A DNA stretch of 40,251 nucleotides. Origin: Polyangia bacterium. GTDB taxonomy: Bacteria > Myxococcota_A > Polyangia > JAAYKL01. A model generated the notes under the pieces. It was not told the DNA's origin and did not search any database. It worked only from the letters and a program-made list of their open reading frames with translations. Shown piece after piece: positions 28,675-37,013 of the stretch (position 1 is the stretch's first letter; each line of letters begins with the position of its first letter). A program made the translations under genes and the position numbers. Where the stretch lies: positions 1 to 40,251 of the forward strand of contig JBNKCR010000021.1 of the NCBI GenBank assembly GCA_050287845.1. The letters run 5' to 3'.

Positions 28675-29112
28675 ATGGGCGATATAACTTCTCAAAAGAA
28701 CGGGACGGAAACGCCCCGGGGCGTGTACGAGAAAATCGATGAACAGCTTTCGAGCGCTGCCGACAAGATGTGCATGATGGAGCAACTATCGGATTTTACC
28801 GGGGAATTGACCGTGGTTCGGGAGATTTTTCAGAGCATCGAAACATTTGCGCACGTTGTTGAAAACGACAGGTTATCGGCGCTGAGTCGTGCGGTGCAGC
28901 TCATGATCGGCCAGATCATGCGAACCGAACGGATGCAGGCCGATTCATACGCTTATCTCATTTATTCAATCAAGGTCATCCGTCGTCTCGCCGGCCAGTC
29001 CTGGTACACCGAACAAACCGGGTTTGATGCGTCGGACACCAGCTTTGGAGAAGCCATCAGCGCCATTATCGATCATACTGACGAACTCGTGCAGCCGCAC
29101 ATGCGAAACTGA
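28675..29112 (+). CDS. Hypothetical helical protein, possibly a degenerate Hpt/CheA-P1-like domain
   Basis: RBS GGGAG before ATG 28675 (alternative GTG 28636); helical pattern ...VREIFQSIETFA...LSALSRAVQLMIGQI. Confidence 0.6.
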   Translation: MGDITSQKNGTETPRGVYEKIDEQLSSAADKMCMMEQLSDFTGELTVVREIFQSIETFAHVVENDRLSALSRAVQLMIGQIMRTERMQADSYAYLIYSIKVIRRLAGQSWYTEQTGFDASDTSFGEAISAIIDHTDELVQPHMRN

Positions 29113-29123
29113 AAAAGAGCGTA

Positions 29124-30512
29124 TCAATGTTCAGACGGGTTCGTTTCCAGCCAGTTGGACAGCTTTGTGATTTGAGCCGCGACACTTGAAGGCGCCGTGC
29201 CGCCGATGCTACGGCGACGCGCAAGGGAATCTGTGTAGCTGAGCTGGAGCGGTGATTCGATGAATTCCGGAAAATGTGTGTTCATTTCTTCAGGGGTCGC
29301 ACTGAGCAGATCCCTTTTTTGATTTTCGAGCCAGGTAACGAATTTCGCCGAACGCTCGTGGGCTTTGCGAAACGGAATGCCTTTTTCCACCAATGCATCT
29401 GCAAGGTCGGTGGCGAGCATATCGCCGGTGAGTACCTGTTCCATTCGCGCGGGCACAAATGTGGCGCTTTCCAGTGCTCTGGAAAATACCTGGATCGTCA
29501 GAATTGTCGTATCAATGGCATCAAAGACGGCTTCCTTATCTTCCTGCAAATCTTTGGCGTACGACAGCGGTACGCCCTTGGTAAGTGTGAGCAGTGTGGT
29601 GACGTTGCCGATTCCCCGGGCTGCCTTCGCCCGTACCAGTTCCATGGCATCGGGGTTTCTTTTCTGCGGCATCATGGAGGACCCCGTGGACCATTGGGCA
29701 TCCCATTTTACATATCCGAAAGCGGGGTTGGACCAGATGATGAACTGTTCAGCATATCTCGAAAGATGGGTGAGGACCGTGGCGCATACAAACGCAGTCT
29801 CCTGGGCCACATCCCGATCGCTGATAGTGTCGATACTATTGTCGGTTGGTGCGGAGAATCCCAGTTCTGTGGCGATTCTGTCCCGGTTAATCACAAATCC
29901 GCACCCGGCGATGGCGCCCGCGCCGAGGGGACATCGGTCCACGCGCTTCATGGCATCGTCTGCCCTTTGATAATCCCGTTGAAGAGCGAATGCCAGCGAC
30001 ATCAGAAAATGCCCCAACGTGACGGGCTGGGCAGGTTGGAGATGGGTGGTGCCCGCCATCAGCGTCGACGAATGGGTTGTGGCAATCCGGGCAATCACTC
30101 CCATCAGTTGATGCAGATGCGATTTCAGCATTTTCAGATTATCTATCAGGTATTGATATAAATCGCACGCCACCTGATCGTTTCTCGAGCGTCCGGTATG
30201 GATTCGGGCACCGGTATCTCCCAGTATTTCGGTGAGCAGGCGTTCTGTCAGCGTATGAATATCTTCGTCATCCGGCAAGCGGCTGAATTCACCTGATTTA
30301 TAGCGTTCAAGGATGTCATCCAGTGCGCGATGGATTTCTGACATTTCCGGTTCCGTAAACACACCGATGCGGCAAAGTTCGCTGGCCCACACCCGGTTGG
30401 TATTGATGTCATACGGGAAAAAGCGGATGTCCACCGGGAGGGATTTATTCATGGCATCCATCAGTTCGTTGGGGGCTGCGTCTATTCTTCCTTTATATAA
30501 AGTCACGGGCAC
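29124..30512 (-). CDS. argH: Argininosuccinate lyase
   Basis: EDIH..ERLL, IHTGRSRNDQVA, THLQPAQP, STGSSMMPQKRNPD, YAKDLQEDKE, PFRKAH. Confidence 0.97.
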   Translation of the reverse strand: MPVTLYKGRIDAAPNELMDAMNKSLPVDIRFFPYDINTNRVWASELCRIGVFTEPEMSEIHRALDDILERYKSGEFSRLPDDEDIHTLTERLLTEILGDTGARIHTGRSRNDQVACDLYQYLIDNLKMLKSHLHQLMGVIARIATTHSSTLMAGTTHLQPAQPVTLGHFLMSLAFALQRDYQRADDAMKRVDRCPLGAGAIAGCGFVINRDRIATELGFSAPTDNSIDTISDRDVAQETAFVCATVLTHLSRYAEQFIIWSNPAFGYVKWDAQWSTGSSMMPQKRNPDAMELVRAKAARGIGNVTTLLTLTKGVPLSYAKDLQEDKEAVFDAIDTTILTIQVFSRALESATFVPARMEQVLTGDMLATDLADALVEKGIPFRKAHERSAKFVTWLENQKRDLLSATPEEMNTHFPEFIESPLQLSYTDSLARRRSIGGTAPSSVAAQITKLSNWLETNPSEH

Positions 30513-30716
30513 TCCTTCTCCTGAAATTCATATCGTTCATAGTGGTTCTTTCACCTGAACCCGTTGTCTGACGGCGTTCCTTTGCGCCGTGGCAGGGCTT
30601 ATAAAATGCGGTGACTCGGTCGTAAAGTCAAACTTTGATTAAGTTTGCGGCACCATTGCCGAATTATTTTGAAGAGGATCATTTGTTCGATTCGAAACTT
30701 GAACCGGAATGAGAAG

Positions 30717-32036
30717 ATGGCGACTATTTCGTTTTCAATAGGCGGCGGAAAAGGTGGCACCGGAAAGAGTGTCTTGGCGGCGAATCTCGCCATTGCCATC
30801 GCGCAGAGCGGAAAGCGCGTGGTGCTTATCGATGCCGATTTAGGTGCTGCAAATCTTCACACAATGTTCGGTATTGACCGTCCCCATGTGCTCCTGGAGC
30901 ATTTTTTTCATCGGGAAGTGAAATCGCTGAGCGAGGCAATGACCGAAACGTCCGTTTCAAACTTGAAACTCATCTGCGGAGGGATGCCCATTCCCGGCAG
31001 TGCCAATCCAAAACATGCGACCAAACTGAAATTTCTGCGTCACGTGCAAAGTCTGGATGCGGATGTAATTATTGCAGACATTGGTGCGGGAACTCATTAT
31101 AACGTTCTGGACCTGTTCAATTTCGCAGATATGAGGATTGCTGTATTCACGTCGCAGCTGACATCGGTGCACAATGGGTATGGATTTCTGAAAGCCGCTT
31201 TACACCGGCACCTGCAGCGGACCATACCGGTATCCTCCAGACAATATATGCAATCTGCCGGCGCCCAGGCGGGAGACGAATCTCTGGCAGACATGCTCAC
31301 GCGTCTGGCATCCCATGATGTTCATGCGGCGGAATTGGCGCGAAACACCCTGACCAATTATCATGCATGCCTTATAGGCAATATGATAGCCAATTTCCGG
31401 GAGGGGTATGTGATCAATGCCGTCAGTCAGATGGTGCGGGATCACCTTCATCTGGAAGCTCCGGTCATTGGTCTGGTTCGATATGGGGAGAAGATTGCCC
31501 GCTCAGTAAATGAGCGTATACCATTCATGATTCGAGCCGGGGTGGAATCAAATGCGGAGCTTTTCAGGAAAATGGCGGCAACATTGGTGCTGAATGCGGA
31601 AGTGATCAGTAAATCACGGCAGGAAACTCTGGTAAACCGGGCCGTTGTCGAAAAGTACAGGGATTATGAACGACGATTCCCAAGGTTTCAAATTGCCGTT
31701 CCAGCACAATTCCTTGTCGACGGGGAAGTGTACATCGGAAAAACATGGAATATATCCAGAGGGGGAGTCGCTGTTGTCTTTGACACACTGATTGAAACTG
31801 AATCGAAGTGGGGCGTACTCCGGTTGGGGCCGTTCGGGAAAAGCGGAACGCTGAAGATTCGGGTGCGTATTCGACACAATCAGCCGGAAAGCCACCTTAT
31901 TGGCTTTTCCTTTCTGGATCTGACGGAGGACCAGATGAAATATGTGGACGGCATGGTTGCCCGGGCGTCTGCCTCTGCCGCACTCGATGTACCGGGCTTG
32001 AGCAGTTCGCTGCCTCCGGATTGTCTGCACTGCTGA
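30717..32036 (+). CDS. FlhG/FleN/MinD-family ATPase with C-terminal PilZ domain
   Basis: Deviant Walker A GGKGGTGKS, IDADLGAANLH, DIGAG; PilZ motifs ERRFPR (RxxxR) and NISRGG. Confidence 0.88.
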   Translation: MATISFSIGGGKGGTGKSVLAANLAIAIAQSGKRVVLIDADLGAANLHTMFGIDRPHVLLEHFFHREVKSLSEAMTETSVSNLKLICGGMPIPGSANPKHATKLKFLRHVQSLDADVIIADIGAGTHYNVLDLFNFADMRIAVFTSQLTSVHNGYGFLKAALHRHLQRTIPVSSRQYMQSAGAQAGDESLADMLTRLASHDVHAAELARNTLTNYHACLIGNMIANFREGYVINAVSQMVRDHLHLEAPVIGLVRYGEKIARSVNERIPFMIRAGVESNAELFRKMAATLVLNAEVISKSRQETLVNRAVVEKYRDYERRFPRFQIAVPAQFLVDGEVYIGKTWNISRGGVAVVFDTLIETESKWGVLRLGPFGKSGTLKIRVRIRHNQPESHLIGFSFLDLTEDQMKYVDGMVARASASAALDVPGLSSSLPPDCLHC

Positions 32037-32220
32037 AATATCAAATATAAACGGTCGATATTGTTGGTTTCCGGTGCATTTCCGGAATGGAGTCCCGGAC
32101 GAGTGGCGGGGATTATTTTGTTACACCTGTGAAAATCTATGAAAGTTCAATTTTTCGTGTACTATAAGTCCGTCATAAAGCTGAGGAACAGTGAAGTATT
32201 CATTTTGTTTGTTTCTGTCG

Positions 32221-32268
32221 GTTGGACAAATGTGATAAATGTGCGTTCGTAATATACAAGCGATGCAA
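32221..32268 (+). promoter_or_regulatory. Conserved upstream element of cassette 1 (homologous to 35838-35886)
   Basis: gttggacaaatgtgataaatgtgcgt...aagcgatgcaa aligns with gctgaacaaatatgatagagctgcgt...aagcgatgcaa. Confidence 0.45.
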
Positions 32269-32304
32269 CTGGATGCAAAATCAACTATCAACTGGAGGAT
32301 TTCC

Positions 32305-33342
32305 GTGGGGAGATTGAATACAAGAATACTTATAGCTGGCCTGTGGCTGATACTCTGTGCCACGTGCGTCACCCGGATTGGACATGCAGACAATTCCAGA
32401 GGGGCGAAGAAGGCATTTAAAGAAGGCGCGGCGCTGTTCGAAAAGCAGAAATATGTGGAAGCGGCGGAGAAGTTTCGGCAGGCCTACGAAATTCGACCCA
32501 ATTGGAAGCTATTGTACAACATAGGACAATGTGAGGCGGCTGCAAGGCATTACGGCCTGGCGCTGGAGCTGTTTGAATCCTATATGGCAGCGGGGGGGGA
32601 TAACATTGGCAGCGAGCGAACCAACGAACTGATTTCCGAAATGGAGCGATTGCGAAATCTGGTCGGATATATCGAGTTCAAGTCGGTGCCCTCAGCTGCG
32701 GACGTGAGTATCGATGATACACACCGGGGAACCTCGCCCTTACCGGGACCTCTGGCTGTCTCAGCGGGGGCCACGCATCACGTGACAATCAATAAAGATG
32801 GTGAGGTATTGCTTGACCGGGTGATTCGCGTTCACAGCGATCAGACGGTTGACGTAACGATAGGCAACGCGGAGACGGGTGACACGCAGACGGCCAGACC
32901 GGAGGTCGCGGCCGATGTGACGGAGAGTAGCGGCTCCGAAACCGATGAGGGGGACGAAGAATCTAATGAAAACAAAGCATTACCTGATCATGATCAGCTT
33001 CGTCGGTTGAAAATTGCAGGTTGGACAACGTTGGGGATAGGTGCCTCAACACTGATTGCGGGATCCATCACTGGCGCACTGGCATTGTCGAAAAAAAAAG
33101 AGCTGGAACCCAATTGCCCGAATGGGAATTGCGAAGGTGAGTACGCGAATGACGAGGAAACGGTTCAGACCCTTGGAAAAACAACGGATGTGCTTATGGG
33201 GGTTGGCGCCGGAATTGCGGTCACCGGAATTGTGCTTTTAATTGTGGCACGGGTTAAAGGTAAAAAAAGCACTGAGCAAGTATCAATTCTGCCATCCATA
33301 GGAGATGGAATGGCTGGTTTTATCACCGTGGGAGCGTTTTAA
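32305..33342 (+). CDS. TPR + PEGA domain exported protein with two C-terminal Gly-rich hydrophobic segments (copy 1)
   Basis: GTG 32305 after GGAGGA; signal peptide; TPR AKKAFKEG..LF...AAEKFRQAYEIRPNWKLLYNIGQC; PEGA PSAADVSID...GTSPLPGPLAVSAG..H; ends GFITVGAF. Confidence 0.85.
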   Translation: MGRLNTRILIAGLWLILCATCVTRIGHADNSRGAKKAFKEGAALFEKQKYVEAAEKFRQAYEIRPNWKLLYNIGQCEAAARHYGLALELFESYMAAGGDNIGSERTNELISEMERLRNLVGYIEFKSVPSAADVSIDDTHRGTSPLPGPLAVSAGATHHVTINKDGEVLLDRVIRVHSDQTVDVTIGNAETGDTQTARPEVAADVTESSGSETDEGDEESNENKALPDHDQLRRLKIAGWTTLGIGASTLIAGSITGALALSKKKELEPNCPNGNCEGEYANDEETVQTLGKTTDVLMGVGAGIAVTGIVLLIVARVKGKKSTEQVSILPSIGDGMAGFITVGAF

Positions 33343-33343
33343 C

Positions 33344-35665
33344 ATGCAAAGAATCAAGGTTGTATTGTCGATAATATTTTTGCTTGTGGGAGGGGTTGCC
33401 TGTTCGTCTCTTGTGGATCTGGACGATTCGTCGGACACAGGTACAGATAGCGAAACAGAAAGCGACACGGACACTGTTGACTACAGTGACAGCGACTCGG
33501 ATACAGATACGGACACGGACAGTGATACTGACACTGACAGCGATAGCGACAGCGATACGGACAGTGACAGCGATACGGATACGGACAGTGATACTGACAC
33601 CGACAGCGACAGCGATAGCGACAGCGACAGCGATACGGATAGTGACAGCGACAGCGATACGGATAGTGACAGCGATACGGATACGGACAGTGATAGCGAT
33701 TCAGATACTGATACCTCTGTCACTGACACTGGCGAGTGTGTGCCGACCAACAGAGATTGTGAGTCCGCAGAGGATAATAACTGCAACAATACGCCGGACA
33801 ATGAGGAAGATGCCTGCACGGTGTGCGAGTTGGAAGAAATTGACAATTGCAATGAACACGAAGCGGATGGCATCGGCATCTGTCAGCCGGGCTCGCGGGA
33901 GTGCATTCTGAGCGACGATGGCGCCAGCGTGGGATGGACCGACTGTGAGGGAGATGTGGGCCCTGAAGCCATCGTTTGCAGCTCCGACCTGGACAACAAC
34001 TGTGATGACATTCCGGATGATGAGACCCCATCGTGTATCTGTGCAGTCGGGGAGGTTAATAACACGTGTTCCACCATGGATTGGGACGGGGCGCCGAATC
34101 CTGTAGGCATCTGTCATCCGGGGACGCAGAAATGTGAAGAGGCGGGCCGATGGGGTGATTGTACAGAGTATCAGGGGCCGGAGCCTCGGGACTGCTCGTC
34201 AAATCTGGACAATGATTGCAACGGCACGGCCGACAACCAGGAAACGCCCTGTTTGGCCTGCAGTCTGGTGAATGATATAAATGTTTCCTGTAACACCGGG
34301 AATGAGGGGATCTGCGCGGCGGGAAGGCAGAGCTGTGAGCTGATTGGCAGTGGTACCGCAGTGGCAATGAGCAGTTGCGAGCAAATCAATCAGGCGACGA
34401 GCAGAGACTGCAGTTCATCTCTCGATAATAATTGCAACGGGACACCAGACAATGAAGAAGCGGCATGTATCCCGGCGCAGTTGAGCATTGGTGGTAATGG
34501 TGCGTTCGGAAGCGAATTGGTTGGTGATAATCTCGATCGCGAATTCACACTGTCGAAGGACTCCGGAATCACTGCGGCGACGAGTATTCAGATCGGCATA
34601 ACGCAAACCGGAACGGAGTTTTCCATACTCAGCAACAGTTGCGGCAGCTCGCTGACTTCCAGTTCGTCATGCAAGTTCAGTATCCGGTTTCAGCCGAGTT
34701 CCAGTGGAAACAAGAGCGCGACCATCAATGTGTCCTACAATAACGGTCTCGGATCGGATTCGGAGCAGCTTTCGCTTACGGGACGGGGCGCTTCACTTGC
34801 CAGTCTGAGCATTTCACCATCGTCTAAAAATTTCGGCTCGGTTCTAATCGACTCAAATAGCGCGTCGGCGACCTTCACAATTTCAAACAATTCCCCGGAT
34901 ACAACAGCAACGAGTGTCAGTGTGGGCACGGGCAATAGCGATTTCCCGGTATCGGGCACATGCACGTCCGTGGCCCCGGGTGATAGCTGCAATATTTCGA
35001 TTCGCTTTGAGCCGTCTTCGGAAGGTGCGGCCAGCGCCACGCTGACCGTCGGATACAACAATGGTCGGCAGTCCACATCGGCAACGGCGTCGTTGAGTGG
35101 TACGGGTTATGATCCGTGCGGGTCAGACATCAACATCCCGGATTCAAATCTATTGGTACGCATCCGTGCTACCACTGGTGTATTGTCCGGACCAATTTCC
35201 GGCGCCGATGCAGCAGGCGTCACCTCGTTGAGCGGGATTAAACAGAACATTTCGGATTTGACCGGATTGGAGTGCTTCACCAATCTGACGTACCTCAGTC
35301 TCGCGATAAACACTATCACTGACATTTCCCCCCTGGCCGGGTTAACAAAGCTCAACGAACTGGTTCTGGGATCAAACCAGCAGCTCTCGAATATCTCCGC
35401 TTTGGCCGGACTCACAAATCTGGTCACGCTCAATCTCGTCGATTGCAACCTTTCGAACATCAGTGTTCTGCAGGGACTCACCAATCTGGATAGTCTGGAC
35501 ATTAGCTCCAATGAAGACGTCACCAGCATTGATCCATTGTACGGCAACCTCGGTCTCGGTTCAGGAGACTATGTGAACATCACCGGTACCTCCATTGATT
35601 GCAGCGAGTATAATCTGTTCCAGTTGATAAACCGTGGTGTCGATGTGACCAGTGATTGCAAGTAG
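33344..35665 (+). CDS. Large surface lipoprotein: Asp-Ser/Asp-Thr stalk, Cys-rich repeats, two Ig-like (choice-of-anchor D/ASH-type) domains, internalin-like LRR tip (copy 1)
   Basis: Lipobox VA-C; (DS/DT)n; four CxSxxDNxC motifs; two FG.....FT.....C...C.....RFxP domains; LRR ISDLTGLECFTNLTYLSL..N.ITDISPLAGLTKL. Confidence 0.85.
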   Translation: MQRIKVVLSIIFLLVGGVACSSLVDLDDSSDTGTDSETESDTDTVDYSDSDSDTDTDTDSDTDTDSDSDSDTDSDSDTDTDSDTDTDSDSDSDSDSDTDSDSDSDTDSDSDTDTDSDSDSDTDTSVTDTGECVPTNRDCESAEDNNCNNTPDNEEDACTVCELEEIDNCNEHEADGIGICQPGSRECILSDDGASVGWTDCEGDVGPEAIVCSSDLDNNCDDIPDDETPSCICAVGEVNNTCSTMDWDGAPNPVGICHPGTQKCEEAGRWGDCTEYQGPEPRDCSSNLDNDCNGTADNQETPCLACSLVNDINVSCNTGNEGICAAGRQSCELIGSGTAVAMSSCEQINQATSRDCSSSLDNNCNGTPDNEEAACIPAQLSIGGNGAFGSELVGDNLDREFTLSKDSGITAATSIQIGITQTGTEFSILSNSCGSSLTSSSSCKFSIRFQPSSSGNKSATINVSYNNGLGSDSEQLSLTGRGASLASLSISPSSKNFGSVLIDSNSASATFTISNNSPDTTATSVSVGTGNSDFPVSGTCTSVAPGDSCNISIRFEPSSEGAASATLTVGYNNGRQSTSATASLSGTGYDPCGSDINIPDSNLLVRIRATTGVLSGPISGADAAGVTSLSGIKQNISDLTGLECFTNLTYLSLAINTITDISPLAGLTKLNELVLGSNQQLSNISALAGLTNLVTLNLVDCNLSNISVLQGLTNLDSLDISSNEDVTSIDPLYGNLGLGSGDYVNITGTSIDCSEYNLFQLINRGVDVTSDCK
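33484..33715 (+). repeat. 6-nt-period (Asp-Ser/Asp-Thr) coding microsatellite
   Basis: gacagc/gatacg/gacagt/gatact units over ~230 nt. Confidence 0.92.
35105..35665 (+). repeat. Near-identical direct repeat copy A (LRR tip); partner 39495-40055
   Basis: Gapless alignment at offset 4390; about 29 mismatches in 558 coding nt by manual count. Confidence 0.95.
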
Positions 35666-35837
35666 CTCCCGCCAGAGCGGCCAATCACCCCTCGAATTCC
35701 ATTTTTCTGAATCAATTCATACTATTCGAGCCGAACGATACATTCATGTTCTTCACGCTACCACAGCGAAATCCTGTGATAAATTGATATTGAAAACATA
35801 CACTGTAAAGAGAATTGTTGAGATTTCGGTTCTTCCC

Positions 35838-35886
35838 GCTGAACAAATATGATAGAGCTGCGTGGTGTGATACATAAGCGATGCAA
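35838..35886 (+). promoter_or_regulatory. Conserved upstream element of cassette 2 (homologous to 32221-32268)
   Basis: Shares acaaatRtgata, tgcgt and aagcgatgcaa blocks at nearly the same spacing. Confidence 0.45.
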
Positions 35887-35935
35887 AAAGAAGTATATTT
35901 GAGGACAATCATAAGGATTGTGGAGTTTTGACGGC

Positions 35936-37012
35936 ATGAAACGTTATTTATCCGGATTGTGGATTTTGTTATGTGTGGTGTGTGTTGCGCAAACTGTCGC
36001 TGCAAGTGGCGCGCAGCGAAGAGCGAAGGTCGCCTTTGACGACGGAACCGAATTGTTTGAACAGCAAAAGTTCAGTGATGCCGCCAGGCGGTTTCGGGAT
36101 GCATATGAGATTCGACCCAACTGGAAGCTGCTCTATAACATTGGTCAATGTGAGGCTGCTGCCAGACGGTACGGCGTAGCACTTGAACTTTTTGAATCCT
36201 ACATGGCAGCGGGCGGGGATAATATTGATCAGGAGAGGACCAGTGAACTGATCGAGGAAATGGAGCGGCTTCGAAATCTGGTTGGTTTTTTGGATTTTCA
36301 GGACTTGCCCATGGGGGCATCGGTCACAATTGACGGGCTTGAAAGGGGAAAATCACCGCTTCCCGGTCCTCTGGCAGTGGCGGCGGGAGTTGATCATGAC
36401 GTCCGGATTGTGAAAGACGAGGAAGTGAACTATGAACGCGCCTTGCGGGTGCATAGTGGCCAGACACTGATTGTTTCCCTTCGAAGTGACGAACCTCAGG
36501 AGAATGAAAGTGCATCGGTAGCCGCGTCTGGAGCTGCAACTGCTTCAGAGGACGCATCTGAGCAGTTACCCGGAACGGATTCTGATTCCGCGGCACCGGA
36601 CGCCGGCGAGTCAAAACCAGTCTCTTCGATATCGGAACGACCCACAACGAACATTTCAGTGTTGAAATATCCCACTCGTCAGCCCATCAAAGCTGTGGGC
36701 TGGGTGTTTTTCAGTATCGGGGCCAGTGCGTTGATTACCGGCGCAGCAACCGGCATCATGGCATGGTCGAAGAAAAAGGAACTCGATCCAAACTGTGTTG
36801 GCGGGTGCCCGGACGAGTTGTCGGGGGATAAGAAGACCATGGAGAATCTGGGTCTGGCCACGGATGTACTTCTGGGGGTAGGTGGCGGTGTAATGGCGAC
36901 CGGATTGGTTATGCTGATCGTCGGCCGCATAAGGGAAAAACGGTCCGGTATTACTGTCGTCCCTTCCGTTGGGAATGGTATGGCGGGCCTTGCAACCATA
37001 GGAGCGTTTTAA
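35936..37012 (+). CDS. TPR + PEGA domain exported protein with two C-terminal Gly-rich hydrophobic segments (copy 2)
   Basis: Paralog of 32305..33342 (shared AYEIRPNWKLLYNIGQCEAAAR, SPLPGPLAV, SKKKEL.PNC); ends GLATIGAF; ATG 35936 after GGAG. Confidence 0.85.
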   Translation: MKRYLSGLWILLCVVCVAQTVAASGAQRRAKVAFDDGTELFEQQKFSDAARRFRDAYEIRPNWKLLYNIGQCEAAARRYGVALELFESYMAAGGDNIDQERTSELIEEMERLRNLVGFLDFQDLPMGASVTIDGLERGKSPLPGPLAVAAGVDHDVRIVKDEEVNYERALRVHSGQTLIVSLRSDEPQENESASVAASGAATASEDASEQLPGTDSDSAAPDAGESKPVSSISERPTTNISVLKYPTRQPIKAVGWVFFSIGASALITGAATGIMAWSKKKELDPNCVGGCPDELSGDKKTMENLGLATDVLLGVGGGVMATGLVMLIVGRIREKRSGITVVPSVGNGMAGLATIGAF

Positions 37013-37013
37013 A

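Noticed and set aside
30513..30716. ArgR boxes upstream of argH
   Set aside because: No convincing TGAAT-N4-ATTCA palindrome pair.
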